From positions 1 through 35,251 of the forward strand of contig RBNJ01000256.1 of assembly GCA_003990765.1 (NCBI GenBank): DNA of 35,251 nucleotides. Reading direction: 5' to 3'. The DNA comes from Jimgerdemannia flammicorona (Eukaryota). Below are positions 23,355 through 35,116 of the stretch, piece by piece. A program made the translations under genes and the position numbers. Numbering within the stretch: the stretch's first letter is position 1; the number at the start of each line of letters is the position of its first letter. Below the pieces are notes generated by a model that was not told where the DNA came from, did not search any database, and saw only the letters and a program-made list of their open reading frames with translations.

Positions 23355-23371
23355 CTAGCCAATGGGTACCA
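23355..23371 (-). other. Putative primer-binding site
   Basis: TGGTACCCATTGG lies 3 nt inside the 5' LTR and starts with TGG (complement of tRNA CCA). It may be a CpG-decayed TGGCGCCC (tRNA-Lys type; inference). Confidence 0.55.
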
Positions 23372-23374
23372 AGT

Positions 23375-24904
23375 TGTCATATAGTGGTCGCTGAGTCCTT
23401 GAAATATGTCAGATTCTCTTCAAGGTGTATCTCTTAGACTAACTCAAGTTTGTTATAAGCAAGTTCTTATTGGAGTGCCTTCCTATGATCTTATAGTCCT
23501 CAAACTTCTTATCTTTAAACTGTCTTGTTATCTCTTTAGATTGCTTGTAAGGAAGTATGTATAAGTGAACTGGAACTGACTTTATTTCAAAGAAAATAAG
23601 AGGGGTATTTATACAAAATAGAATTTAATGGTTGCTAAGATATAAGGCTAAATATAAATTTCAATAACTAAAATAAAATGCCAGGATATGGAAAACTGCT
23701 AAGTTCCAGGGTTGGCACAGATGGTTGCACAGAGTCAGGATGCTGGTATAATTCAGTGTCACATCAGAATGCCAGTGGTGGAACAGCTGTTATATAGGAA
23801 AAGAGTGCTGGTATAATTCAATATCACTAAGGAACTTAGAGCAGAATGTTCAAGACCATAGGGGCTTCATTCTCATCTAAGATCAGGATGTCTTCAAAGG
23901 AGATGAGATCCATGAACATCTCAACTGTCTCATCATGTAGGTCATACATTTTGCATATGTTATGCAGGATGATGTCATCACCAATGATGTTATCACATTT
24001 AGTGGTGGCAGGAACAAGGAGGTCTGGAGCTCTCCAGTCTATGAGGTTCTCTTCTACAAAATAGGAGACAAATGTGAGATCTTGAGAAGGTCTAACCTGG
24101 ATGCTTGGGCCTTGAAATACTGAGATCAATCTTTGCAGGAATTGGTCTGGGTTGTCCTGGAGGATGAGATGCCAGAAGTCTTCTACTTCATCACTATTGA
24201 GAGTGATAGTGGACTGGGCTTCTGTAGCCACTCTGGTTTCTAGTACATTCATACAGTAGGCTGACAGATCTCTGAAATCTGAGACACTAACATACTCCAA
24301 GTTGGAGATTGACCATAGTGTATGCCTGAAGATCTGATGGATCTTCTTAGCTATTCTTCATGTATATCCATGGGAGTGATATCTTATAACTCTTGGGGAC
24401 TGGCCTGTGGGAACTCCCAGCAGAGAAGGTTTTCTATTTCATACTCCTGCCATATTTGGAGGCATTTGATAGCCATAGTGATCCTTGTTTCCATTTTACA
24501 ATAATAGAGAATATAATAATAAGAGTCACCAGTACCCAGGTTGATACTAGGAGTCCTTCTTGAGTGGGTCTTCATGGCTCTTCTGATGTCTTGGAACATC
24601 GTTTCTTTGACTGAGGTGCCTTGGTGGTTCCTTGACCTTGAGGTTTGGCAAGCAGCAGACATTTTATTTATGGTAAGTCTTTGAGCTATTTTGAGATTGG
24701 TGGGTCTTGTTGGTTGCTGCTACTGCAGTTCCTTGATCCTCCTTTTATATTCCTCAAGATACCCATACTGTGGTCACAATGACTCACAGTTGGTCATCAT
24801 TGCTCATCTTTTATGCCATATGATCTTCTTGTGCTCCAATCTGGTGGCTTGCAAGGAAAGGCTGTCTCCTGTGCTGATGTCATCATTCTGGGGTCACTGT
24901 TACA
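23375..24904 (-). repeat. 5' LTR (1530 bp)
   Basis: Minus-strand ends TGTAACA...ATGACA. TATAAATA at 23606-23613 and AATAAA at 23581-23586. Confidence 0.95.
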
Positions 24905-26153
24905 GTACATGCTGCACTGAGTGGTAGTGTGTTATCCATTTTATGTACAAATAAATAATAAAATTCATGTTGCTCTATATATGCTTCGCACTGCAGAAAA
25001 TTTCCCATGTGTTTTACTCCTAGGTCACTATTGTAGTATCGCACGCCCACATGGCTGGCAACAAACTTCCCTCCGACATTCAAACATTGCGAGATTTTGA
25101 GATCTGGGAGCGTTGTTGCAATAACCAGAAACTATGTTTGAGCATGTCGGTCGATACACTCTGTAAAGCTCACGAAATGAGAGTGTAACCAAATTCCCTT
25201 GGTCGCGGCGCATTCCATTAGACACCGTATTAACTGAATGATTTCACCAAAACTTCCACAGTTAATGTCACCAGGAATGAGCGCATCAGGTAGCATAAAT
25301 GTCTTTTTGGATTCGTCTGGCGGCTTGCACTGACCTTGGAAGTCGTGGAACTCATCGCGTGGAATTTTGTGGAAGTCGAACTTTTCGGATGTGTGTCTTT
25401 TTGCTAATTTTAATGAGTTACTATCTTGGGCGTCTCCAAGTCATTCCTGCGTAGACCTAATATTGCCAAGAAATGAATTTGCCTCGGAGACTGACGAAGA
25501 TATATATCATAGAGTACTAAATGTTAGGTAGAGTGCAAATCAATTCACTTGTCATATTCTCCAAATATTTCAGAGAGACCCTTACCAATTTTTTTTTTTT
25601 TTTTAAAAAAACTTACGAATACGTCGCCTCGCCATTGAGATCTGTCTCTTACGTAGCAAAGTGTTCTTTACATAAATTATGAAGATGGGAAACGTAAAAT
25701 GTAATAAATGTCTTTAAAATAATGCAAATTTCAAAAAAGTCCTTCAAAGACATGTACCGTAAATGTAAATGTGCATGAAGCAGATGGGTTTGGCTATATG
25801 GAAGCATCCCCTTCCAAGGCCTGCCATTCTCGTTAAAGCGAAGGGGCCATTTACCCTAAGGGTGCACAACAGATAGAAATGCGAAATTGCTAAGGACTAA
25901 TTGCTAAGTTGCTGGCGTAGTATATGCTTAATTACTGAGATGCGACGCAGCAATTGTTCCGCATGGATGTTAAACGGCTCCGGCCACTTTACCGAAGTTT
26001 GAACTACGTTTGTAGTTATATGTAGAAAACCCATGCACATTTGTTGACGGACAATCGTGAGAATACATTCAGGGAAGCGTCCGTTTCACGCGATCGGTCA
26101 CCACACTCGCCTGCACGGTAGGAGGAAGTAGCGGTGTTGTTGAATGACATTAG
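24905..26153 (+). repeat. Segmental duplication, copy 2
   Basis: Matches 13867-15315 and begins exactly at the LTR end. Confidence 0.95.
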
Positions 26154-27516
26154 CCTGCGAGAAATTTTGCGATTGTGTGCCGCATCCGACATGACTTTGC
26201 GTTATGTCAATTTCAAGAGATGGTTATTGCGAGTTGGGGAGATTAACTACGATACCCGCACCCAGAGCTACCTCTTGGATTTATTGCCAGAAGGCAGTTC
26301 CCAGCCCATGCAGCAATCCAAATTACGGCAAGACCGATTGGAATGGAACTCCAACCCCCGCTAAATATGTCGATGAAAGACATGGCCTACATTTAGGCGA
26401 TAATACAAGTGGAAATATAGGGGTAAGTCGATGCTAAAGATTTACCAAACTGTTGGTGTTCAGCTACATGAATCTCGATATTGTTTATATAATTTGAGGG
26501 CGCGGGGAAGGATGGCGTAGACGGTTTCAAGAAGGCTATCCCTATTGAAGCTGAGGCAGTCGAGGGGGGAGGGGAGAAGGATGCCAGAGGCCGGGTTGAA
26601 GATGGACAGAATGACAGATCTGAAGTGGTCGAGAAGCACTTCTCATATAGGTTGTGAAGCCTTAACAGATGCAGCAGAAGGTCTGGATAATAAATCAAAA
26701 TGAAGACCATATGCAGTCATCATAAGACACTTGGCATCCAGGATGATAGCCTTAAATGCGATTTTATTTTTTATGGGTCATTCCCACTGGTTGTGTAAGC
26801 ACCCAATTAATCTATATATATACATATATAACTCTAAGGGGATATGTAAATGCACTAATCTTCCCAATAGTTTTAGTTTCTGTGTCTTTTCAATTTCACC
26901 ACAAACTCGGTATCCTGGTTGATGACTTCAAATAAATTTATTGTTCCGGCCAATCCCACAGATTGTGTAAGCTCCCAATTAAACCATAGTTAACTGTAAT
27001 GGACTTACAAATGCGTTAAATATGATTGATCTGGGTTCGTCAAATCTCCATTTTCGTCACAAAGATCTTGTGCCCAATTTTCTCTTTGCCGTAGGCCTTA
27101 CATACTGGAGCAGGCCTTGACCAGCCAGAAGAGCCATCTCATGTAGATTTCCTCGCAGCCTATAAGTACACATCTATTAATTCGTTTAAGTAGAATCAAA
27201 CCTCATCATTGGATTCATTACCTATGCATCTCTGTCTATCGGTATGGTGAAGTCAAATTGGAGCGATAGAGACCTCTGTGTAATAATAAAAAGAGATAAG
27301 GGTTATTATCGTGTCCTACTCGTACGAGTTGGGCGGACAAAATCAGGCTTAGGAATTTTTTTCAAACCTTCTGGCGATTGAAAATTTCGGAGGTTGCTTG
27401 GCCCCTTTAACCGGCAAGGATTTCTAACCAGAAGTGAGCAACAGGCCGTAAAAATTGTTTCCAAAACCGATCCGGCCCCTTTGTTAATTCAATAATGTAT
27501 CTGCCTAATATCTAGT

Positions 27517-28430
27517 ATGTTATCCTCGCTAGCGTCCTCCGGGTCTTCTTCAACTCATACTCCTTTTTGGATTTATTCTGCGGCCCCGGAGCCCTCTTCT
27601 TCTCACTCTCGCCCATGGGCCCTCTTCACACTCCTCTCACCCGGGACTCCGGGTGCTCTTCAAAACTCACCCGTGCCGTGCGCGAGCGCTTTTTTCGTAA
27701 ACCTGCCGACCGTGGAATCCATCGTCGTCTACGGCGGCGTCCGTTTCCGCCGAAACCCTCTCTCTCTCTCCTCCCTCCTCCCGGTCTCCTCCCGCTCTTC
27801 CCCCGGGCCCGCGCCTTCCTGAATTACCCTAAACCGGACCTGGATCAGTTCATCCTAGAGCGTTTCGTCCTCGGTGATTCCACGACCCTAGCATTATGGC
27901 TGAACAACGACTTTCGAAGTATGTTTCAGACGCGTGAGGATTGAGGTTTGTGTCCTTGTGTACGAAACGCTATGGATGAGAGTTCGTGGAGTGGAGCCGT
28001 GTGGCACTGTATGATAATGTTCCGGAATGACCTGGTTGATGTAGCACGGGCAGTCGGTACTGGTGGGAAATGGATGCGGTATTCGCGTCGTCGTGTAATG
28101 TGGGGCGTTGCAAGCAGGTAGTCTGACCTATTTTTCGATGCAGAACGCGATCCAGTTCTCGTACCCACCCTGGAACCCCCTCGCAATCCCATCCCAATGT
28201 GCCAAGAGCAGGCGGAGATCAATTCAACCTGCGCTTCTACGAAAAATAGGTATATGGAAATAATTTTAATTATAATGTTATAAATATTTTAAATTTGTTT
28301 GTATGTATATAAGCAAAACAAAAAACAAAAAAAGGAGAATCGTCCATATCCGGGGTTTAGAACCGAGGAGCCTGTGACTCTAGAGATCTTTACTCGCATC
28401 CCTACCATGGAAACCATTCTCGGACCTTGA
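27517..28430 (+). other. Possible gene or pseudogene fragment in a CpG-rich island
   Basis: GC-rich ORFs (27567-27944 ...NYPKPDLDQFILERFVLGDSTTLALWLNND...) followed by an AT-rich intron-like stretch starting gtatat at ~28250. No recognisable domain. Confidence 0.3.
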
Positions 28431-28939
28431 ATATTTATGCAAATCAAATTGAGAAAATGTTTACAATGCCTAACTGAAGAAGAGGGAGCGCCGGCGTCGC
28501 CGTCATCGGGAGCAAGTCACCAAGTAGAGAGTGTTTTTAAGGGAGACAATTAACTGATTGTAAAATGCCAAAATGCGAAAAGGGAAATGCACGCAACATG
28601 TGATGAAACAAAATCTAGTGCTATATCGTTACCAGCGGCACTATATAGATAATGTTTCTGGATGGGCTCTGAGATATGGGAATACAAATAAACACTCACG
28701 ATTCATAACTGCAGAAGAGAGAGCAGTCGTCAAGGCAATTGATCAACTAAAAGATGGTATTATTTCTGAGAGATATAATGAACTGACCATTGTAAAATAC
28801 AAATATGTAAAAACAGAAATACACGCAACATATTATAAAAATACAAAAATGCAAAGACGGAAATGCATGAAAATTTGAACCTGGTGCTATTCTGTTATCA
28901 GTGGCACTATATTGATAATTTTTTCTGGATGGGCTTCGG

Positions 28940-29990
28940 AGAATCAGAATCAGAATTAGCACCAGAATCAGAACCATAATTAGAAGACATTAATGATGAA
29001 ATGGCCACTTTATTACCAATCTCTGCAGGATACCCAGATAAAGACCCAACAGAATTTTTTAATGGAATTGAAGGAATTGCAGCCCTGAAGAACCTTACTC
29101 CTGAAAGAAAAGTCACTATCTATAAGGCCCAAATCAGAGAACCAGCTAAAGGAATTTTCATCTGAATAATAAATGATATAAACTCAGATCTTGGAGCTGC
29201 CATCAATGCAGCACCAACCTGGCTGGCAGAGTATCAAGCTATAATCTATTGGCTCATCAAGAAGTATGCAGGAAATGAGACCCACCAGAAGGCCCAAGAA
29301 TCTATCATAGAAATAAAGATGAATCTTAGAGAATTGCCTAGAGCATTCTTTATAAGAATTAAAAAGAGAATGCATACTACTGGATTCAATGCCACTAACT
29401 AAGATATTATAGGTCCAATGACATTTATAAATAGATTTCACTGAACATTACTCAGTATGTCTGCACTCTAGGCATCAGGAGGTCTGAAGAGCAAGTAGAT
29501 GCTGTCTAAGGAATTTTCATATCAGACAAAAAACTATCTGGAGTGACCATAATAAGAAGGATGACAAGAAAGATCTTCTGGTCAAAGCCCTGTAAGAACT
29601 CCTTTAAGGACAGAAAAGATCCAAAGAAAGAAAGCCAGCCAAAGAATGAAAGAAGGATAGAAATGAAATCCAAGACCTCAGTTCCAAGTTGAACTGATTG
29701 GTGGGGCAGATTGAGAAACTCACCACATGTAAAAATCAGAGCTATCTACAAGACAACAGAGAGTATACACCACAAAGAAACCAGGGTTATCCACCCAGAG
29801 CTAACAAGAGCTACCAGTAAGAAAAAAGAGATACTCTGTCCAAGAAAGAACCCAAGTCCAGTACTTCTACTGTAGATAATTTAGACACTATACTACTGAA
29901 TGTGATAACAAAAGAAGTAACTGAAGGGACTTGGAACCATCAAATCAAAGAAATATACAATATGACTGAAGTCTATCAAAGGTACACATT
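28940..29990 (+). mobile_element. Second Ty3/Gypsy gag relic
   Basis: MATLLPISAGYPDKDPTEFFNG (FxGxPDEDPxEF) from 29001, RELPRAFFIRI, and a decayed Zn knuckle VQYFYCR*FRHYTTEC (~29855-29903). No LTR seen. Confidence 0.75.
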
Positions 29991-30487
29991 TTAATATTTA
30001 TGCCTTACTTTCCACTTTCATTCATTGATTACCTAGTCTTACTTATATAAAGCTATATGAGACTGATTATCCACTGCTGAATATTACAAACTCTAACTAC
30101 CAGTGCTACCATATTATTTATTAATTAGTTACTATTATTCCTATATTTTTTTTTTTTTTTTTTTTTTTCATCAATTCTTCAATGAAACCATTGATCTGTT
30201 TTTTCTCCCCAAAGTTCCTTCTATTACCCCAGGTGCAATTGCTTTCTTACAATTTTTGAGAATACTGGAACATTGATATCATTTCTAAAAAAAGAATAAA
30301 AAAAAGTATTAAATCATTTAAAACTCTGCACTATGCTGTTTTTAGTGTTTTGCCATATTTCTGGGAAAATATTAATTAGGAGAATAATGTGAAAGGGCAT
30401 AGACTTTCCTATACTAATTTCCTTTCTTGCATGATTATATTCAGACAAGAGACCCTATTTCAATAAGACAGATGAGGGCTGGGACCA

Positions 30488-31947
30488 ATGATGGTGATAT
30501 CAACCAAGCAGTTGGAATATATTGAGAAATTCATAAGAAAATGATCCATTACCCTTCTATGCAGCCCCCCACTCTCAGATAAGAGTATACTGAGTGTGAT
30601 ACTCTGGGACTATTTCTTGGCTTGAAATTATGATGTTGTATATATATCTTTAGTAGGTTTGCCCCATATGAATATCTCTATTAAAGAGGATATCTTCAAT
30701 AATTTCTGGAAGTACAAGACTAAATGCATCTGGATACAATATCTCCATTATATAAAACCTACCATTGTCATTGTTGATAAGGCTCAGACTCTCTATGGTA
30801 ACAAAGCTATATGCTTTTGGGGAGACTTGAAGAGTTTTCACTCTGTAGATAGTCATAATGATAAGCTTAGAGTATTCCTACTTGCTACTTATAATCTAGT
30901 GTGGAATGACAATTTGACACTATTATAATTTATGAATTCTCTTGGACTGAAGAATCTTCTTTTGTCAGAGTTAGATTTTGAAATCATTGTGGAGTAGTTT
31001 GTTAAATTGTGAGATTCATAGGACAGTATGAACTTCAGTATCCTATAAGAGGTTGTCAAAACAATCCTCAACTTCACTGGTGGATATACCAGTCTTTGTC
31101 AATATATGATTTTCAAAATGTGTCAAAAGTTTTGTGACAGTGATACAATAGAGGACATGCTTAAGTATCTCATTTCTCAGAATTTTCTACAATCTACAGA
31201 AGCCATATATATCTATGAATGGACCTCTAATTGGAGTCTGACAAATGAAGAAGCCAAGTCTCTTCCCAATCTCCTTCTTCAAGATTACTCCAAGCCTTTA
31301 GATCTTTTCTCTTCAGTTATACAAAATTTCATCAAGTCAGGTCTTCTTATTGTGGATTCTGATTATAATTACCATTTTGCTGTCTCCATTATATAAACCT
31401 TTCTCATAAAGTCCTTGTTCAAAGTATATATAGACCTTTGGAAGTCACCTTTAATGACATTTGGTGAGTTCTTGTTACAAACAATTGAACATATGAGGCT
31501 GTCTGTCCTGAGGACATTTTTAGGCCAGGGATCAGGTCTGGGTTTGTGACTTCTCAAGAGAACTTGGCAAATGAAATGGTACTGCATGGCTCTCACTGTT
31601 GTCCCTGTTGGAGCCTCAGTTAGTCAGAATGTTGAGAGCATCTTTGGCTCTGATGCATTCTTAGACTTCTATGTTAACAGTAAAGGGTACAGTTGGGGAG
31701 TCAAACTGCTTCATGAGAGTGACAAAATGTATAGACATATCTAGAGATTTGAGCCAGATAGTGAATACAACAAATTCTCCTTATAGATTATATCATTATT
31801 GACTTCTACCATGAGAACATAATAGTTTAAACACCACTTTCTCACTTTTGGCATATACTGAACACTAACAACTATGAATACATTACCATCTGATGTTCTG
31901 GTGAAAAGGATAAAGTTCTAATTTTGGATGGTGATACAGAGTTTTAA
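30488..31947 (+). pseudogene. Crinkler-type P-loop NTPase plus restriction-endonuclease-like protein, pseudogene
   Basis: One frame reads LLCSPPLSDKS (decayed Walker A), IVIVDKAQ (Walker B DEAQ) and RTWQMKWYCMALTVVPVGASVSQNVESIFGSDAFLDFYVNSKGYSWGVKLLHESDKM...RFEPDSEY...YIIIDF, resembling fungal/oomycete CRN NTPase-REase C-termini. About a dozen stops and one frameshift near 31772. The true 5' end is unclear. Confidence 0.8.
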
Positions 31948-33166
31948 ATTTACATTTATCTTTTGTCATGAAGTTTTATTGATTATTTTCATATGTTGTA
32001 TATATATATAGTACTATATTATCAATTTATCATTGGGCCCATTGGTGGCTCTGACAATTTGCTGACTTCTATCTTTCTCTCTCTTCAAAGAAAAAGATTT
32101 TAACAGGTAGTCCAAATAGTTGAATGCTCATATGGTCTCTAGCTTTTTGATAACCTATCCTGTTTCACTTTTTCAACTAAATAGAATATTGCATATGACC
32201 CAAATAGCACCTATATTAAATGAATATCTATTTTGTTATTTGGTATATTTCTAGACTACCTTTGATCTACTTATATTGGGAGCTCACACAACTTTCATAA
32301 TTTATGATTTTTAAGCTATTGAAATTCTGAAATATATTTGTCAATTACTAATAAAAAAAAAAAAAGTGAATGGTTTACAGATGTTTGTCAATAATAAAAA
32401 CATTTTGGTTTAAACTATTAAAATAAATATTATAGTAATCAATTTAATTCCTTGCTTCCAGCATAACTAATATACTACATATATATAAAAGCTTTTATAA
32501 TTTTCTTCTTATTTTCTCATAGTAGTTCTGGCTTAAAGTTTAAAGTTTATTATTTATATTATCCCTTAGGTTGTAAAGCAGACAAATATGCCTGCAAAAA
32601 TTATGATACTTATATATTTTAGCTAATATTTATTTTATTAAATTTTAAATTATTGTTTTACTTATTATAACAATTATATTTTTTTATTTATAATTAGAAT
32701 ATACCAAATTTGGAAATTATTTTTTTATGTTTATTATAATTTTTTTATATATAAATTATTTAGTAAAGCTTTATTTTACCTTTTTTAGAAATTATAAAAA
32801 TAATATACATTATTACAGATATTATGGCTAAATAAATTTTTAGCAGGCAAATTTGCCTGTATCTTTAAATTTGCCTGTGTTTTTCTTACAGATTATGAAA
32901 TAGATTATATGACAGATATTTATATTGATTAAAATTTAGTAACTATGTTTTTTATATATTTATTTCTTAGTAGTTAATTAGTATATTTTTGAGTTATTTT
33001 CATTATAGTAAAGTATTCTTATTTTTGTTTTTGATTTTAATCTTAAATTCATTATATAGTTATCAACTCTAACTCTAATCAGCACACCTTTCATCAGTAA
33101 CATTCAGGTGACACAAGATTTGGATAACACTTTCTGCGAAGTTTTTGGTGAAAAGCTACTATCAAC

Positions 33167-35086
33167 ATGGCGAGCAACGAGCAAACTGGTGGGCAGGTCG
33201 GCCAGGGGGGCAGCTGGGCCTTCGACTGGCAGCAGGTTGGGAGGAAACGAGGAGATGGTCTGGGGATGCCAGGGCCGTCTGTGGTGGGTGGTGGTGCTGG
33301 AGGTGGAGGGAGAGGTGGACTGAGGCAGAGAGGTGGGGGGAGGGCGACTTTTGCCGACAAGGTCAGGATGGGGAAGATGGCCGCAGGACTGGATGGTTGA
33401 TTGGGACTGGGGAAGGCGATGCCGGGTGCAGAAGGAGGGCAGGGAGGATCCCCCATGGGAGCCACAGTCGGTATGGGGGGAGGGGGAGTAGGGGTTGGAG
33501 ATGTGACTGCTGATGGGGCTGTGACAGGGAATCTGGAAAAAAATCCAGATGTGACGGTGATTGGCGGATTAGGTCAGAAGGAGGGCACGAGGCCTGGGGA
33601 CCTGGCTAATGGAGTGACAGGCATGGTGTCGGCACCGTTACTCAAAAAGTCGATGTCAGAATTCGCAGTCACATTGTGTTTCCGAGGCTTGGCGGTGACT
33701 GCGAGGATGATCCTGGGGCTGGTGGCACAGGAGGTGAAGGGGGCAGCTACGGTTAAGTTCATAAAGGGGAAGGAAGGGATTGAGGTTGGGTTTGAAGAAG
33801 AGGTGTCGATGCTGGAGGCTATGGAGAAAGGGGTAGTAGTGGGTGGAGTGGTAGTTCCTATAGCAAGGTGCATGCGCTGGGACCCGAGAGTGGTGCAGTT
33901 GACGGTGCTGGATCTTCCTATGGTGTTGTGGGAGAGGGCTAGGGAGTTGATTGTGGGGTTGGTAAAGGAGTATGGGGATGTCATTGATATCGGGTTCAAA
34001 GTCTGGGAGGGTACGGTACTTAGGACTGGAGACGTTGATGTAAGAGTACGCTTGTTTGGTCGGGAGAACACGGGGAAGACGAGGGACTGGCCGGCGACGC
34101 TGAAGTGGGGACCAATTGAGTGCAGGATCTCGTGGGTGAAAGGGACGCTGGAGGAAGAGGAGGATTTGCTGGAGGCTCTTGAGGATCTGATGGGAGCTGT
34201 CGAGAGGAGACAATTGGCTTGGAAGGAGTATGAGGCCAAGACGGTGGTGGAAATTGTAGAAGGGAAGAAGATCAGGATGGATCGAGGAACTTGGGAGAAG
34301 ATGCAGGGGAGGCGTATTCAGAAGGAGCTGCTGGAGAAATTGGGAGGAGGCGTGGTGGAAGGTAGAGAGGGAGGAAGTGGCGTAGGATCGAGGGAAAGTG
34401 ACTGGGCTGGGGAGCCCAGAGTGGATCAAAGGGTGGCCCAAGAGGTCCGTGGAGAAGGAGGGCAGGGCGGCGTGGTGGAGGATGCTGAGATGAGCGTAGA
34501 AGTACAGCCACAGTATGGGGTCCCGGGAGGAGTCGGAGGTGAGGAGGAGCTTCTTGATGTCCTGGAGGAGGAGTGGGATGAGTCGGGAAGGAGGATCACA
34601 GTGGTGGACCCAGTGGTTGGGGGGGAAGGGAGTGCCCAGGGTGCCGAGGCAGTGGTGGAGGAGGAGAAGTGGCTGTGGAAGACTCTGGAAGGGGTGGCAG
34701 CTGAGGAGCTGGGAGGTGAGCACTTCCGGGTTATGAGTGATAGGTACTGGGAGGAAATTCTGCGTGGGGAGGAGGTGCCAAAGAAGGTCCAGAATGAAAT
34801 TCTGGCAGTGCTCCTGGAGTCGGTGGAGTATCAAGTCGATGATCAGCAAGAGGAGGAACTTCGAGTGATTGCGAATGATCGAGCAGCTTACCTGTGGAAC
34901 TCGAAGAAATGGTCGGAGAAGTGGGGAGTAGTGTGCAGGGAGTATCAGACCGAATTCGAAGTAATTGATGGAGCAGAGTGCCAGGAAATCTTGGAGGCAC
35001 TGGATGCGCAGGAGGTGATGGAGGACGAGTTGGAGGCTGAGTGGCACCTGGATATGGAGGGGGACAGGAGGAGCATGGAGTTCTAG
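33167..35086 (+). pseudogene. LINE ORF1 (~639 codons) with a single premature stop
   Basis: ORFs 33167-33400 and 33401-35086 are in frame, separated by TGA at 33398-33400 where the left copy has TGG (LDSWLDLG). Confidence 0.9.
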
Positions 35087-35116
35087 ATTGTGATATCCCT
35101 ACCAACATTATTCAAT

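Larger units (their letters stand above)
16673..24904 (-). mobile_element. Ty3/Gypsy LTR retrotransposon (8.2 kb), degenerate, with no matching TSD
   Basis: Two LTRs, PBS-like and PPT signals, and gag-RT-RH-IN order on the minus strand. Confidence 0.95.

Noticed and set aside
26134..26710. Short ORFs following duplication copy 2
   Set aside because: Overlapping short frames with no motif support; a gene cannot be called.
30146..30168. T23 run as a minus-strand retroposon tail
   Set aside because: No TSD or element body could be identified. It may be a simple homopolymer.
33574..35047. Long antisense ORFs (463 aa and 221 aa) and their counterpart at 1373-2065
   Set aside because: These are shadows of the G/A-rich ORF1 strand, giving low-complexity L/P/H/S translations with no domain.
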